Below, in pieces: positions 29,124 through 38,908 of a DNA stretch of 58,771 bases (the stretch's first letter is position 1; each line of letters begins with the position of its first letter). The notes beneath the pieces are model-generated. The model did not search any database. It was given only the letters and a program-made list of their open reading frames with translations, and was not told where the DNA came from. Origin of the DNA: a virus (Duplodnaviria > Caudoviricetes); IMG/VR virus record IMGVR_UViG_3300031578_000039, positions 1 through 58,771 of that record; one strand, given 5' to 3'. The translations under genes and the position numbers were made by a program.

Positions 29124-29420
29124 ATGACAAACACTACAACAGTATTTTTAAAAGAAAACAGAGAAGAAATAATTAACGTTTTAAATAACATTATTTCAAA
29201 CATGAGAGGCGTTACCCTTAAAGAAGCAATGGTAACTTTCAAAAATGAAATGGAAAAAACAAATAACAATAAAACTTTATCTTATTTCGCAGTTAAAGAG
29301 CTTCCGCAAACTCAAACCAAAATCGAAGTAGTATATTCTAAGCCTTACAGCCAAAGCAACCACGCTAAAATGGTTAACTATCACGGAAAAGAAAAAGCAA
29401 GACAATTAACCTCTTTATAA
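29124..29420 (+). CDS. Hypothetical protein
   Basis: ORF after the promoter. Confidence 0.7.
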   Translation: MTNTTTVFLKENREEIINVLNNIISNMRGVTLKEAMVTFKNEMEKTNNNKTLSYFAVKELPQTQTKIEVVYSKPYSQSNHAKMVNYHGKEKARQLTSL

Positions 29421-29464
29421 AATAAGAAATAAAAAAATAATTTTAAACACTAAAAACTAGAATC

Positions 29465-29671
29465 ATGAACGCAAGAACAGCAGTCCAAGAAAACGCAAGA
29501 TTAGCAAACGAAATATTTAATTCAGCAAAAGAATTTAGCGAAAGAAAAAACATCACAGTTGAAGAAGCAATAGATTTCAAAGTATCTTTGATGATAAAGC
29601 ACGCCGAAAATGATAACAATCGTGCAGCCATAGAAATTATGGGAAGAAACGCAAAAAAATTAATATTTTAA
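29465..29671 (+). CDS. Hypothetical protein
   Basis: ORF track. Confidence 0.65.
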   Translation: MNARTAVQENARLANEIFNSAKEFSERKNITVEEAIDFKVSLMIKHAENDNNRAAIEIMGRNAKKLIF

Positions 29672-29683
29672 AATTAACAAGCC

Positions 29684-29857
29684 ATGCCAAGTGGAGGTAA
29701 AAGAGAAAATGCAGGAAGGAAATTAAAGTACGGAGAAGCTACAAAAACAGTAGCTTTCCGTGTTCCTGTTTCAATGATAGAAGATTTAAAAAAACATGTG
29801 AAAAATGAGTTTGAAAAACGCAAAAATAGCAATACTACACACTTTCAGCAGAAATGA
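29684..29857 (+). CDS. Small DNA-binding protein (GGKRENAGRK, RHH-like)
   Basis: MPSGGKRENAGRKLKYGEATKTVAFRVP translated by hand. Confidence 0.7.
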   Translation: MPSGGKRENAGRKLKYGEATKTVAFRVPVSMIEDLKKHVKNEFEKRKNSNTTHFQQK

Positions 29858-31058
29858 CAGTACGAGCATAGGTGCTTTGGTGATCAAAGATGAACTGGAA
29901 CGAAAAGGCTATCATGTTGATTTTTGCGACTATTCAAGTGCGTTTAACTATACACACGTACTAGTGTCAATGACCTCTACTGACGATATATTTCATATTT
30001 ATGCAGGGTGCAAAAAAAATAATTGGCAAAACAGAACATTTAAAGCACTTGTAGGAGGTTTTGGTTGCCAGAACCCTATTGCGCTATCCGATTACATTGA
30101 TTATGCTTTTTTCGGGCGTACTGATGGAATTATTGAAGATGTTTTGATTAATCATTTAAAATTCAAAGAGCATCTTTTTAAGATTTCAAAACCTCACATG
30201 GTATCTATTAGGCAGGTTTCAGAATGTTATCCTAATTCAATAAAACACAATGGGGCAAAATGGAGGGAAAAATCGATTGGATGCCCTGTTAAGTGCAAGT
30301 TTTGTTCATTTTCACACACGAGGGATTGGGTAAAAGGAGAATACGAAACTTTTGAATGGCTACTAAAAGGTAGAACACAGGAAGTTCTAATAAAAGATAT
30401 TCCAGAAAAAGTAATAAAAAAACAGGGATGGGTAAAAAGTGCGATTGATGGATATTCCGAAAGATTGAGGTTTAAATATGGAAAGAAATTTGCAACATGG
30501 GAAAACATAGAAAATGCTTTAGACCACTTATGTACATTTAAAGGTACAACTAAATTACAACTATACAATATTCATAATTTCCCAACAGAAACAAAAGAAG
30601 ACATCATAGAGTTTTTTGATTTTTTTAACAATTACGTGGAAGATGCTTACAAGGGCGATGGTAAGCTTATAGTAGAGATACATAATACTCCATTTAGACC
30701 GACATTGTGTACTCCAATGGAAAGGCAGGGTGCGAAATTATTTCCTGCTGCAAAACCTCAGGTAGGATTGTTAAATAATTATTTTAATTATTTGCCAGTA
30801 AAACCAAACTCTTTGACAATCGCATCTAAAAATAATATTCATGTTAAATTCAGCGTTTTTATTGAAAACCCATTTAAGCATTTAAAAGGGCTTATTAGTA
30901 TAAGGTACTCAGACAAGGATATAATAGAAGAAATACTTAGAATTGAAAGTATGTCAGGCGTTAAAGCTTTAGATTATTGTATTAAAAACATAGACATTAC
31001 ACCATATATCCGAGAATACAAAGAAAATGAAGACTTAAAATTCAAGTGGATTAAATGA
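29805..31058 (+). CDS. Radical SAM protein with B12-binding-like N-terminus
   Basis: GCPVKCKFC (CxxxCxxC); N-terminal LVGG..DY.FFG pattern. Confidence 0.8.
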   Translation: MSLKNAKIAILHTFSRNDSTSIGALVIKDELERKGYHVDFCDYSSAFNYTHVLVSMTSTDDIFHIYAGCKKNNWQNRTFKALVGGFGCQNPIALSDYIDYAFFGRTDGIIEDVLINHLKFKEHLFKISKPHMVSIRQVSECYPNSIKHNGAKWREKSIGCPVKCKFCSFSHTRDWVKGEYETFEWLLKGRTQEVLIKDIPEKVIKKQGWVKSAIDGYSERLRFKYGKKFATWENIENALDHLCTFKGTTKLQLYNIHNFPTETKEDIIEFFDFFNNYVEDAYKGDGKLIVEIHNTPFRPTLCTPMERQGAKLFPAAKPQVGLLNNYFNYLPVKPNSLTIASKNNIHVKFSVFIENPFKHLKGLISIRYSDKDIIEEILRIESMSGVKALDYCIKNIDITPYIREYKENEDLKFKWIK

Positions 31059-31303
31059 GGTATAATAAATGGAAATTATCGCATGAAACAGCATTAAAAT
31101 GTTGGTATCCAGATATTTCAAAAATTATGAAATTTACAGGCAAAAGCTATGGTGCTATAATTAATAAAGCTTGGAGATCAGGATTAACAGGAAGCTATAA
31201 AGAAAGAAATTTTACAGGATATAAAAAAACGCCAACTGATGCTGACGTAACAGGAAATTCCCAACGGCTAAAGCCTTATTGTGATTTGCTATTACAAATG
31301 TAG
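31055..31303 (+). CDS. Hypothetical protein, HTH-like
   Basis: GKSYGAIINKAWRSGL. Confidence 0.55.
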   Translation: MRYNKWKLSHETALKCWYPDISKIMKFTGKSYGAIINKAWRSGLTGSYKERNFTGYKKTPTDADVTGNSQRLKPYCDLLLQM

Positions 31304-31365
31304 TAAAAAAATAATACAATAATACTATTTGATTATTAAAAAATGAACGTAAAACTTAAATAACC

Positions 31366-31728
31366 ATGAAAGATTGTTGGATAAACCCGAATGGAGAGCT
31401 AATAAAGGTTGGACATTCTCAACACAACGAATATGCGTATGAATTGCTAGTGGAAGAAATGGGAATGAGACAGCTACGTAATTATATGAGAAAATATAAT
31501 TGCCTATCTTCTACTGAGGTGTTACATATGCGAGGATGGATCAGAATAAAATATAGTACACACTTAAAAATTATACAGATACTTGGTAATTGCATTGATT
31601 TAACTAGAGTTCAGAGGAATACGATTGATCCTAAAATGAATAGTAAACAACTGAAAGTAGCAAAACGATTGTGTAAAGAAAATAACACAACCCTACATAT
31701 GGCTGTAAACGACAAACGCTTCTGGTGA
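31366..31728 (+). CDS. Hypothetical phage protein
   Basis: WINPNG...H...GWIRI motif. Confidence 0.75.
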   Translation: MKDCWINPNGELIKVGHSQHNEYAYELLVEEMGMRQLRNYMRKYNCLSSTEVLHMRGWIRIKYSTHLKIIQILGNCIDLTRVQRNTIDPKMNSKQLKVAKRLCKENNTTLHMAVNDKRFW

Positions 31729-31847
31729 AGCACATGGTGTGACTGCATTCCTTATATACCTAACTGTTTTAATAAAAAATCGTTTTAATATTTTTTATTT
31801 ATTGTTAGCTTTTCGTTTTTGTGCGAGGGCTTAAAAACTTGAATATT

Positions 31848-32192
31848 ATGACAATAGAAGAATTAAGAAAAACTACATTCAGAAAAGGAGACAAAGCAAA
31901 ATACTATGACGTTATTGCTGAAATAATAGAAATTGAATATACTGAAGCATTATTGGGATTGCGACAAGGTAAGGATGAAATAGAATGGGTGAGGTGTGAA
32001 AATATAACATATATTCCGTGTGCGCTGGCAGAAACTTCGATCGTGCCACAAGCAAATGAATTATTACCGCTTGTTAGCAACCGAAGGAAACTGTTAATTG
32101 CCCATAACAAACATATACTTGATAGGCTAACAGAATATGAAGGCGATGAAATTTGCGATAAGATGGTAGATGATTTTATAGGCAATTTATAG
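31848..32192 (+). CDS. Hypothetical cassette protein (possibly a fusion of two cassettes)
   Basis: Spans a half-deleted hairpin and GTT 32073. Confidence 0.65.
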   Translation: MTIEELRKTTFRKGDKAKYYDVIAEIIEIEYTEALLGLRQGKDEIEWVRCENITYIPCALAETSIVPQANELLPLVSNRRKLLIAHNKHILDRLTEYEGDEICDKMVDDFIGNL

Positions 32193-32335
32193 TTGCTAAC
32201 GGTACGCAAGTATGAAACGTGCCAACACAAAGATTGATTGAAAAAATGAATTTTAAAATTAACATAAATATTAACTTAGATGCACTACAGGCATGTTTTA
32301 TACTTGCTGTTAGGCATCTGTAAAAATTACGGATT

Positions 32336-32479
32336 ATGGCAACAGTTTATAAAGTAGAAGTAGTATCACATTGGATTAACTACACTGAGGAACAGTTAAA
32401 ACAAATGATTGAAGATGCAATTAAAGAGAAAGAGCGAAAAAAAGGTAACGAAATTCAGATAAAAGTAAAAAGGCAGTAA
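32336..32479 (+). CDS. 47-aa cassette protein
   Basis: MATVYKVEVVSHWINYTEEQL... fills the cassette body. Confidence 0.7.
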   Translation: MATVYKVEVVSHWINYTEEQLKQMIEDAIKEKERKKGNEIQIKVKRQ

Positions 32480-32540
32480 TTTTTATTGTGCCTAACGGGG
32501 TTGGTATGGTTTGATTTTTAACGGATAAATAAATACAAAT

Positions 32541-32789
32541 ATGAAAGACGAAATTAATAATATTATTGACCACCTCGAAGAAACACTTAAAGGCTTTAAA
32601 CAAGCGTATAAAGATGAGGGGTATGATTTGGCAAATGAAACGCATCACGTTACAGAAGCATTAAAATTAGTTAAAAATTTAACTATACCTGTTGCTGTAA
32701 ATCCCGTTATTTGCCCTAACTGTGAAGAAGAATGTGAACCGATACCATTAGGGCAAATGTGCAATAAGTGTTACTACGATAAAATGTAG
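32541..32789 (+). CDS. Hypothetical cassette protein (C-terminal Zn ribbon)
   Basis: LVKNLTIPV then CPNC..CNKC. Confidence 0.7.
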   Translation: MKDEINNIIDHLEETLKGFKQAYKDEGYDLANETHHVTEALKLVKNLTIPVAVNPVICPNCEEECEPIPLGQMCNKCYYDKM

Positions 32790-32873
32790 GGCAAATTATG
32801 GTTTACAACGCTACAGATAAGATACGTTGCGATTTAATACATAAAATTTCGATAACAAATAAACCTTTATAAA

Positions 32874-33134
32874 ATGAAAACACTTTTAAATTACTTACTA
32901 AATAAGCAATGGATTTTATCTATTGTTATGTGCTTTTTAAGCGAGGGCAAAAAAGAGCAAATATACATAGCAAAATTCAGGGCTGAATTAGCATTTTGTG
33001 GGCATGATGTTTCTGATATGACAGATGAAGAAATTAAAGAAGGAATTACTAAAATGGGTGAAATGGTGTCAAAATGCGGAATGACAACAGATGAAGTTGC
33101 AGAAGCATTTAAAGCGTTGGCAAATTGCACATAA
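32874..33134 (+). CDS. Hypothetical cassette protein
   Basis: Starts in the hairpin loop, ends at TAAC. Confidence 0.7.
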   Translation: MKTLLNYLLNKQWILSIVMCFLSEGKKEQIYIAKFRAELAFCGHDVSDMTDEEIKEGITKMGEMVSKCGMTTDEVAEAFKALANCT

Positions 33135-33236
33135 CGTACTGCGGTATGAACTGACCGCATTGTAGACAGTTCAAAATTATACACAAGGTTGATTGCGGTT
33201 TGTTTATACCGTTTGTTAGCCACTTTTATTTAAGCG

Positions 33237-33500
33237 ATGGCAAAATATAGAAAAAAACCAGTAGTAATTGAAGCATGGAAATGGGATGAAACCAAGGAGA
33301 TGTTTGATAAAATAGGCTGTAAAAGTATGAGTAGTAGTGGACATACTGAGCGACCAAACGAAATGACATCTTTAAGAATTAAAACACTTGAAGGAACAAT
33401 GAGAGTTGATAAAGGTGACTTTATTATAAAGGGAGTGAAGGGTGAGTATTACCCATGTAAGCCTGATATATTTGAAATGACTTATGAGTGCGTTGGCTAA
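33237..33500 (+). CDS. Conserved phage protein (KYRKKPVVIEA family)
   Basis: KYRKKPVVIEA..TLEG..GDFIIKGVKGEYYPCKPDIFE.TY. Confidence 0.9.
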   Translation: MAKYRKKPVVIEAWKWDETKEMFDKIGCKSMSSSGHTERPNEMTSLRIKTLEGTMRVDKGDFIIKGVKGEYYPCKPDIFEMTYECVG

Positions 33501-33579
33501 TTGTGGCTAACGGATGGCAGCTATGCCCAGTTGGGCAATAAATAGCACTTAATTATCAAACTATAAATAACTTAATAAA

Positions 33580-33789
33580 ATGGCAAAAAGTAAAAATAAC
33601 CAACAAACCGCCCAATTGGGTATAGGTGATGTTATGCACCGTTCTATTGATTTTGCTAAATATGCGAATAGATATTATGAACTTTGCTATGAAACAGAAC
33701 CTTGCTGGTTTAACAAAAACAACCACGAAAAATATACATCAAATCAAGTTTACAACGCTTTCGTTAAGTACCTAAAGAATGGTGCATAA
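33580..33789 (+). CDS. Hypothetical cassette protein
   Basis: Hairpin-encoded TAQLGIGDVM. Confidence 0.7.
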   Translation: MAKSKNNQQTAQLGIGDVMHRSIDFAKYANRYYELCYETEPCWFNKNNHEKYTSNQVYNAFVKYLKNGA

Positions 33790-33848
33790 CGTTTTGGCTA
33801 TGTTGCGTAGCCTTTTAGATTAGAATTACAAACTTAAAAATTAAAAAT

Positions 33849-34061
33849 ATGATGCCAAAAAGCAGTAAGCGACCAGAAAAAGACGAGGCTATGCAATATG
33901 AGCCTGTGTTATGCACCGTTATTATTACACAAAATGACTTTGATATGTTAAAGATTATTAGAGGCTACTTTGGTAAAAACGATGTAACAGGATTAGAACA
34001 CATGGCTTATGCAGTACTTGACAGGGTGATAAAACAACATGAAAACCCTAATGGTGCATAA
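33849..34061 (+). CDS. Hypothetical cassette protein
   Basis: Starts in the loop, ends at TAAC. Confidence 0.7.
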   Translation: MMPKSSKRPEKDEAMQYEPVLCTVIITQNDFDMLKIIRGYFGKNDVTGLEHMAYAVLDRVIKQHENPNGA

Positions 34062-34126
34062 CGCTATGCAGCTAAACGCTGTTGGCGATTTGGAACACGA
34101 AATTATCAACTTAAAATAAACTTAAT

Positions 34127-34345
34127 ATGGAACACGAAAATTTGAATACAGAAGAAACCGCCAATAGCGATTTAGGTGCTGTTAGGCGTAGTGCTTTGAC
34201 TTGGTGGAACTCAATGACATTTGAGGAACAATTTTATAAAACGATAGCTTGGTTGAAAAGCGAAAACAGGAATACAACAGAAAGGCATCCGCACCATTTA
34301 ACAGGTAGGGAGATTCAGCAGATTTATGAACTGCATTACGCCTAA
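34127..34345 (+). CDS. Hypothetical cassette protein
   Basis: Hairpin-encoded TANSDLGAV. Confidence 0.7.
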   Translation: MEHENLNTEETANSDLGAVRRSALTWWNSMTFEEQFYKTIAWLKSENRNTTERHPHHLTGREIQQIYELHYA

Positions 34346-34386
34346 CGATGGTATAAACACACCTTTCGATATAAACACCTGTAAAC

Positions 34387-34566
34387 ATGCAACTTATAAA
34401 AAACAATCTTTCAGAAAGTGAAATATTTAAAGCAAAATATAAAGAAGTATTGCAAAATTTGGAAGATAGATTTAGGGTGAAAGATGGGAACAATGGTGCT
34501 ACTCAACTTATGAAGACCCAACATATGAATGGATTGCATGGCGTAACTGTATTTCTTAATACATAA
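34387..34566 (+). pseudogene. Truncated paralogue of the HTH gene at 15858
   Basis: SESEIFKAKYKEVLQNLEDRFRVKD vs SESERFKEKYQEILLNVKERFRVKD, then unrelated. Confidence 0.65.
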
Positions 34567-34578
34567 AGATTAAACAAT

Positions 34579-34606
34579 AAAACCCCCACCTCACAGTGGG
34601 GTTTTT
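34579..34606. terminator. Terminator hairpin
   Basis: AAAACCCCAC..GTGGGGTTTTT. Confidence 0.75.
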
Positions 34607-34676
34607 AATGCAAAATATTTTTATAAACAGTACTTTATTTTTTTTCGTATCTTTGTGTAAAATCAAATTATGCGAT

Positions 34677-35186
34677 ATGAGCGAAGAAAAAGTAAACAAA
34701 TGTGGGCGACCAACAAAATATAAAGATGAATATAATTTGCAAGCTGAAAAGATGTGCAAGTTAGGGGCAACCGACATCGAACTAGCTGATTTCTTTAATG
34801 TTTGCGAAGATACTATTTATGAATGGAAAAATGTTTATGTTGCATTTTCCGAGTCCATAAAAAAAGGAAAGGATATTTTCGACACAAGGAATGTTGAAAA
34901 CTCACTGAGAACTAGAGCGCAAGGTCTTACCGTAACTGAAGAAAGGCAAACAACAAGGAAACTAAAACTAGACGACCAAAACCCTGACGAAATAGAAGGT
35001 GAAATCATTGATACTACCATAACAAAAAAAGAATTACCACCAGATACCGCAGCAGCTATATTTTGGTTAAAAAATAGGGATTCTAAGAGATGGAAGGACA
35101 AACAAGATGTAGAGCATTCAGGAGAGATTACGAGTCGCATTGTAGATATTGCATATTCAGATATTAACGAATCTAATGATAGTTAA
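34677..35186 (+). CDS. terS: Terminase small subunit
   Basis: GRPTKY, GATDIELADFF HTH, PPDTAAAIFWLKNR. Confidence 0.92.
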   Translation: MSEEKVNKCGRPTKYKDEYNLQAEKMCKLGATDIELADFFNVCEDTIYEWKNVYVAFSESIKKGKDIFDTRNVENSLRTRAQGLTVTEERQTTRKLKLDDQNPDEIEGEIIDTTITKKELPPDTAAAIFWLKNRDSKRWKDKQDVEHSGEITSRIVDIAYSDINESNDS

Positions 35187-36507
35187 GTTTGACCCAAGAA
35201 TATTCAATCCGATATACTGGCATTTGCAAGAGGCTATTGCAGACCCAGATATAAGATTTATATTTTTAATGGGCGGTTCTTCTTCTGGAAAAACTTATAG
35301 CGTTTCGCAAGCCGAAATAATCAATACCTTAGCGACAAATAATAATACTTTAATGATGCGGAAATGTGCCGTTGATATTAAAGATTCTATTTACTCGGAT
35401 GCAAAAACAATAGGACTTAAGATAAATAAATTTACAAATAATTTTGATATAATACAGAATGAAATAAGGATTGGTAGTGGTAAATTGAGGTTTAGAGGGT
35501 TAGATGATTCAGAGAGAATAAAAGGAATATCTAACTATATTCGTGTATGTTTAGATGAGATTACTGAATATAAAGAGGACGATTTCAAACAAGTTAAAAA
35601 ACGCCTAAGAGGAAGACCAAACCAAAAAATAATAGCTACTTGGAATCCTATCAGTAGGAATCATTGGATAAAAAAAAATGTAATAGACAAAGAATCTTGG
35701 GTTAATTTGCCTTTATTTATAAATGCCCCAAAATGCAACGGTGTTAATTTATCTCAATTAAATAATGAATTTGCATTTAAAAAGAAAAATACCAATGGTA
35801 ATACAATATTCATAAAAAATACTTATCGAGATAACTTTTGGGTTGTTGGACACCCAGCAGGAAGCAATTATGGGTTTTACGACAAACACATAATCGCAGA
35901 CTTTGAAAGAGATAAAATTCATGATATAAATAACTACAACATATACGCAAATGGTGATTGGGGTGTGATCTCTGATAGGTTAATAATGAAAAATTGGTCT
36001 GTTATTGACAAGATTCCAGAAGGCGCAAAGCAAATACCGTCAGGAATGGACTTCGGATTTAATCCAGACCCGTTAACACTAACAGATTTCCATATTCATG
36101 GTGATACAATGTATTGGGATGAGCGAATACATGAGACTGGATTAACTAATTTAGAAGTCGAAAACCCATTACAAGATAGCATTATAAAGAGATTAAAAGA
36201 TATAAACTTCAATCCAGATCAAACTATTATAGCAGATTCAGCAGAGCCAAAAAGCATTAGAGAACTCAGATGTGCTGGATATAATGTGAGGGCAGTAAAA
36301 AAACCAAGAATAGCCGAGAGTTTAAAATGGTTATTGTCTTATAACCACAAGGTAACAGCAAGATCAAAAAATATTATAAATGAATTTGAAAACTACCAAA
36401 GGCAGATAGACAGGGGAGGCATAATACTTCCAGAGCCAATAGACGAATATAATCACCATATTGATCCAGCTAGATATGTATTAGCAATGAAGGATAGATT
36501 GTGGTAA
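35176..36507 (+). CDS. terL: Terminase large subunit (PBSX-like)
   Basis: GGSSSGKT, FRGLDD.ERIKG, DEITE, GMDFGF, ADSAEP, NHHIDPARY. Confidence 0.95.
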   Translation: MIVKFDPRIFNPIYWHLQEAIADPDIRFIFLMGGSSSGKTYSVSQAEIINTLATNNNTLMMRKCAVDIKDSIYSDAKTIGLKINKFTNNFDIIQNEIRIGSGKLRFRGLDDSERIKGISNYIRVCLDEITEYKEDDFKQVKKRLRGRPNQKIIATWNPISRNHWIKKNVIDKESWVNLPLFINAPKCNGVNLSQLNNEFAFKKKNTNGNTIFIKNTYRDNFWVVGHPAGSNYGFYDKHIIADFERDKIHDINNYNIYANGDWGVISDRLIMKNWSVIDKIPEGAKQIPSGMDFGFNPDPLTLTDFHIHGDTMYWDERIHETGLTNLEVENPLQDSIIKRLKDINFNPDQTIIADSAEPKSIRELRCAGYNVRAVKKPRIAESLKWLLSYNHKVTARSKNIINEFENYQRQIDRGGIILPEPIDEYNHHIDPARYVLAMKDRLW

Positions 36508-36593
36508 TTTAATGATTATAGATAGAATCTATTGGTATTTAAAATATTGTTATATTTACAAATAAAAATTGTAATTTTGATAAAAACATATAG

Positions 36594-37919
36594 ATGTTCG
36601 ATAGGTTAAAATATAATATTGCCAGAGGTTTATTAAATGCAGCTTTTAGACAAAATACAGTATTAAGAGCGCAGGATATTCAATGGAACGAAGGTAAGCC
36701 GCAATGGATTGCGTTGTCAACTCCTCTTCATTTTGAAGAAGCAGCAAGGCATAATCCAATAGTGAAGGCTTGTGTTAATTTATTATCAACAGCTGCCTCC
36801 AATGGAATAAAATATTTAGAAGATACTAAAACAGGCGAAGCAATACCGTGGACATCAAATAGGAGAGGAGTCAAAAATGCCGAAAGATTATTGACTGAGT
36901 TTCCAAATCCATTGCAGTCAATTCAGGAATTTAATCAACAAAGAGTATTTTATTTGAAAATATTCGGAAATTCATACGTTTATTTAAACGCCCCATTTGT
37001 ATTCCCTGACATTGATAATATATCAACAATAGTAAATCTTCCATCGCAGTTTGTTGAAGTAAAACAAACAGGTAAAATATATGACCAAATAAGTATTGAT
37101 GGGATAGTATCTCAGTACGCATTAAATAACACATCACCAGTAAAAACGTTTAGTCCTAATGAAATAATACACACCAACGAGGTTAATATATCTTCTGAAT
37201 TTCCATCAATAATGGGAATAAGTAAGCTTGAGGTTTTGCAAAAACCAATAACAAATATTCAGCTTGCATTTGAATTTATGAATACATTGATGGCTACAAG
37301 AGGCACAGGAGGTATTATAACTCCAAATTTAAAAGATGCAAACGGCACTGCATCCCTTTTACCTAAAGAGAAAACTGAATTGCAGGATAAATTTAAAAAA
37401 GATTATGGATTTCTTAACGGTCAGAATCCTTTCCTAATAAGCCCTATACCTGTTGACTATATTAAAACTGTAATGAACTCAAGAGAACTAGGTATATATG
37501 AAGATTTTTCAAAAAATTCTATTCTAGTATGTAATGAATTTGGAGTACGCCACGAACTCGTCAGCACATACATACAGGGAAGTACTTATGCAAATCAGCG
37601 AGAGTACGTTAAAAGTTTGTATCAAGACACAGTCATTCCAATGGTTGATGGCGATGATAAATATTGGACTTTTAGGTTGGGGTGTAAAAAGTATGGGTTT
37701 TCGATTAAAACAAGTTGGGATCATATCCCTGTAATGCAAGACAACTTCAAGGATAGAGCAACTGCTATTAATTTAAAAGGAAGGACAGCTAAAGATGCTT
37801 ATAATGAAAATATTATAACAAAGAATCAATATCTTGAAATGTTAGAATTACCAACAGTTACAGGAGCTGATAAATTAAAATCAGAATTAAATAATAATGA
37901 ATCGATAGATTTGAGTTAA
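36594..37919 (+). CDS. Portal protein (HK97-like)
   Basis: FGNSY, NEIIH, GISKL, STYANQ; position after terL. Confidence 0.9.
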   Translation: MFDRLKYNIARGLLNAAFRQNTVLRAQDIQWNEGKPQWIALSTPLHFEEAARHNPIVKACVNLLSTAASNGIKYLEDTKTGEAIPWTSNRRGVKNAERLLTEFPNPLQSIQEFNQQRVFYLKIFGNSYVYLNAPFVFPDIDNISTIVNLPSQFVEVKQTGKIYDQISIDGIVSQYALNNTSPVKTFSPNEIIHTNEVNISSEFPSIMGISKLEVLQKPITNIQLAFEFMNTLMATRGTGGIITPNLKDANGTASLLPKEKTELQDKFKKDYGFLNGQNPFLISPIPVDYIKTVMNSRELGIYEDFSKNSILVCNEFGVRHELVSTYIQGSTYANQREYVKSLYQDTVIPMVDGDDKYWTFRLGCKKYGFSIKTSWDHIPVMQDNFKDRATAINLKGRTAKDAYNENIITKNQYLEMLELPTVTGADKLKSELNNNESIDLS

Positions 37920-38035
37920 ATTACAAATAGAAATCATGAAAGATAAATTAACAGAAGAAGAAATAAAGAAGCTTAAGAAATTAAGAGAAGATAAAGCCAA
38001 GATGGTCAAAGATGAAAAATTAATATGTAAATGAT

Positions 38036-38908
38036 ATGTTTTACTGCAAGGAATTAGACAGGAATTTTGAAAACAAAACCGATCTCATAAAAGAGCTTCG
38101 GAGGCACAAAGATGATATTATTTCTTTCAAGAAAGCTAATATCTATAAGTCGGTCGACAAAGGTATTTCTGTTACGGCAAAGCCTCTTGATTCTTCAAAG
38201 ATAAATACTACGACTAAAGGCATTTCAATTGATGAAGATTATTACTATTTGGCTGTTAATTCAACTAAAGTATTAGATTCGCACCTCGACCTTCATGTAA
38301 ATGGTATTTGGAATAAAACGGTAAAAGAACATCAAGGGCGCAACTATTTAGTAGATACTCATGTGCTGAGCATCAAAACAACAATTGCAAGAAAAGAGTA
38401 CATCGAAATGCTTACCGCTGTTATTCCATTTGCACTATTAGGCAAGCCATACGATGGGGATACAGAGGTTTTGATTTATAAAATAAGAAAAGATAAAATC
38501 ATAAGCACCGAGGCTAAAGAATGGCTAGATAGTGGCGATGACATCGAATGCAGTGTGAGAATGCAATATGTTGATATTTCGTTTGCAGTAAACAGTGACG
38601 ACAAAGAAGACATTAAATTCAAAGATAATTACGATAATTACATTAATCAAATAGCCAATAAAGAAGATTTCGATACAGAAATAGTTTATTTCTGGATAGT
38701 TAAGCAAGCTAAAAATGTACTTGAAAGTAGTTTAGTGCTATTTGGAAGTAATAATGCTACTGGAATAATTGAAGAATCAGCAAAATTTCAGCCGTCAAAC
38801 GACACTGAAAAGCAAGATAGCGAGCCGTCAAACGACACTCAAAAAAACCAAAAAGAATTTTATTTAAACCTATTAAAAGCAACTGAAAATGAAAAAATGG
38901 ATAATTGA
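38036..38908 (+). CDS. Putative prohead protease
   Basis: LDSHLD, ECSVRM, ESSLVLFGSN; between portal and capsid. Confidence 0.7.
   Translation: MFYCKELDRNFENKTDLIKELRRHKDDIISFKKANIYKSVDKGISVTAKPLDSSKINTTTKGISIDEDYYYLAVNSTKVLDSHLDLHVNGIWNKTVKEHQGRNYLVDTHVLSIKTTIARKEYIEMLTAVIPFALLGKPYDGDTEVLIYKIRKDKIISTEAKEWLDSGDDIECSVRMQYVDISFAVNSDDKEDIKFKDNYDNYINQIANKEDFDTEIVYFWIVKQAKNVLESSLVLFGSNNATGIIEESAKFQPSNDTEKQDSEPSNDTQKNQKEFYLNLLKATENEKMDN

Larger units (their letters stand above)
31761..34366 (+). mobile_element. Integron-like cassette array G (8-9 cassettes)
   Basis: Bodies 32073-32200, 32309-32496, 32694-32809, 32925-33135, 33215-33511, 33631-33790, 33908-34062, 34181-34346 with complementary ends; hairpins between; terminal motif 34343-34366. 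Confidence 0.9.

Noticed and set aside
22800-31400. CRISPR array, cas1/cas2 or clear tracrRNA around cas9
   Set aside because: No regularly spaced identical repeats or adaptation genes found by eye; region is almost fully coding
5301-34346. Inter-gene hairpins as simple terminators
   Set aside because: They lack consistent U-tracts, often contain start codons and have fixed TAAC/GTTA boundaries matching distant partners
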